Source: an uncultured delta proteobacterium (lineage in GTDB: Bacteria; Desulfobacterota; Binatia; Binatales; Binataceae). From it: a stretch of DNA of 64,000 nucleotides. Location of the stretch: the NCBI GenBank assembly GCA_963765675.1, contig CAVXXK010000001.1:736001-800000 (forward strand), given 5' to 3'. This document shows, in pieces, positions 63,044 through 64,000 of this stretch. Made by a program: the position numbers and the translations under genes. Numbering within the stretch: the first letter of the stretch is position 1; each line of letters opens with the position of its first letter. The notes below the pieces were generated by a model. The model was not told the DNA's origin and searched no databases. It worked only from the letters and a program-made list of their open reading frames with translations.

Positions 63044-64000
63044 ATGGGATCACTCTATCTGAACGGATTAACTGCTGATAAGCGTAAGCATCTGGAGCAA
63101 CGACTTTGGGATCAGCAGAATGGAAAATGCTTCATCTCGGGGAAACCGATGGACTTGGAGATTGATGAGATTGATATAGATCACATCATTCCAACGCGCG
63201 ATAATGGTAAAGACGACCCCACCAATTTCGCACTGACGCTGGCCAGCTACAATCGCTCAAAGCAGGCTGCCGATTTGCGGGTTGCGCGAGTTCTTGCCCG
63301 CTTCGACCAAATCAAGGCGACTGCTGATAGCGATGACCGCGGAGCCAACCTCAATGACGTTTTGGAAGCCTACGGCGGAGCATCAGGTTCATTACGCGGC
63401 AAGATCGACGGCGTGCATATTACCTATATTGTCGAGGGCGACCGTAAGGTCACTGTGCCAGTGCATACTGATAAGCTGTCGGGGATTCGTTATTTCTTTG
63501 CCGTTCTTCCCATAGCGGCACTCTATCATGACGAAAAAATCAATCCGCGTCCTATAGGCTCCAATCTGCGGAGTCTCGTGGAGGAGTTCTTCAAGGGGCG
63601 TCCGCAATTGCATGTCGCGCTAGGCTGGATCAGCTCGGCAGCGCTCCCCGAGGCCCGGATCAATATCTTCGACGGGCAGCATAAGGCGGCCGCGCAAATC
63701 CTGCTTGGAGCGTTGACGCTTCCAGTCCGCATCTTCATTGATCCCGATTTCGAAATACTCCGAACTACCAACACTAATGCTGGCACGACGCTCAGACAGG
63801 TCGCTTTTGACAAGTCAGTGCAGCGGCGATTGGGCTCGGCGATGCTGCTCGATCGCATAGCGCGCTACCGGAAAGACAAAACTTTGCCGGGAGACGATGA
63901 AAACTTCTCAGAAAAGGCGCTGGTGGAGCATTTCCGGGGCGACCAGCGTGCGGTTGCTCGCTATGTACTCGATGGCGTTCGCAACGCCATTACCTACTCA
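63044..64000 (+). CDS. HNH endonuclease fused to a ParB/DGQH-type domain, 3'-truncated by window edge
   Basis: Not in the ORF track. AGGGGGG RBS-like run, ATG 63044, 319 codons open to the edge. CFISGK...IDIDHIIP...GKDDPTNF...YNRSK (HNH), then INPRPI...IFDGQHKAAA. Confidence 0.85.
   Translation, partial: MGSLYLNGLTADKRKHLEQRLWDQQNGKCFISGKPMDLEIDEIDIDHIIPTRDNGKDDPTNFALTLASYNRSKQAADLRVARVLARFDQIKATADSDDRGANLNDVLEAYGGASGSLRGKIDGVHITYIVEGDRKVTVPVHTDKLSGIRYFFAVLPIAALYHDEKINPRPIGSNLRSLVEEFFKGRPQLHVALGWISSAALPEARINIFDGQHKAAAQILLGALTLPVRIFIDPDFEILRTTNTNAGTTLRQVAFDKSVQRRLGSAMLLDRIARYRKDKTLPGDDENFSEKALVEHFRGDQRAVARYVLDGVRNAITYS

Overview
GC-rich bacterial chromosome segment. Gene content suggests a Ca. 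Binatota/Deltaproteobacteria-like soil organism (inference only). Bases 1-42.5 kb are mostly housekeeping: cobS, cobU, a cobalamin riboswitch with a BtuB-like receptor, glnE, an MltD-like enzyme, aroA, bactofilin-atpF'FHAGDC, miaB, rpsU, asnS, cvpA, trxA and tRNA-Ser(GGA). Small accessory blocks are inserted, notably a STAND-type cyclase / ADC-fold protein / flavoprotein cluster. After the tRNA comes a patchwork accessory region: two amidohydrolases, a BVMO, SDRs, a sigma54-regulated redox operon, a DUF1566 protein, a second STAND cyclase and Ndh-2. The window ends in an ORF missing from the supplied track (63044 to the edge): an HNH nuclease fused to a ParB/DGQH-type domain, a candidate defence protein. 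Other notable signals are a DUF1566 C-terminus with a DGR variable-repeat codon signature but no RT/TR in view, a nested palindromic repeat family between convergent genes, and a mirror-image rise in A-ending codons around one of those repeat sites. Six apparent 1-nt frameshifts are probably assembly errors.
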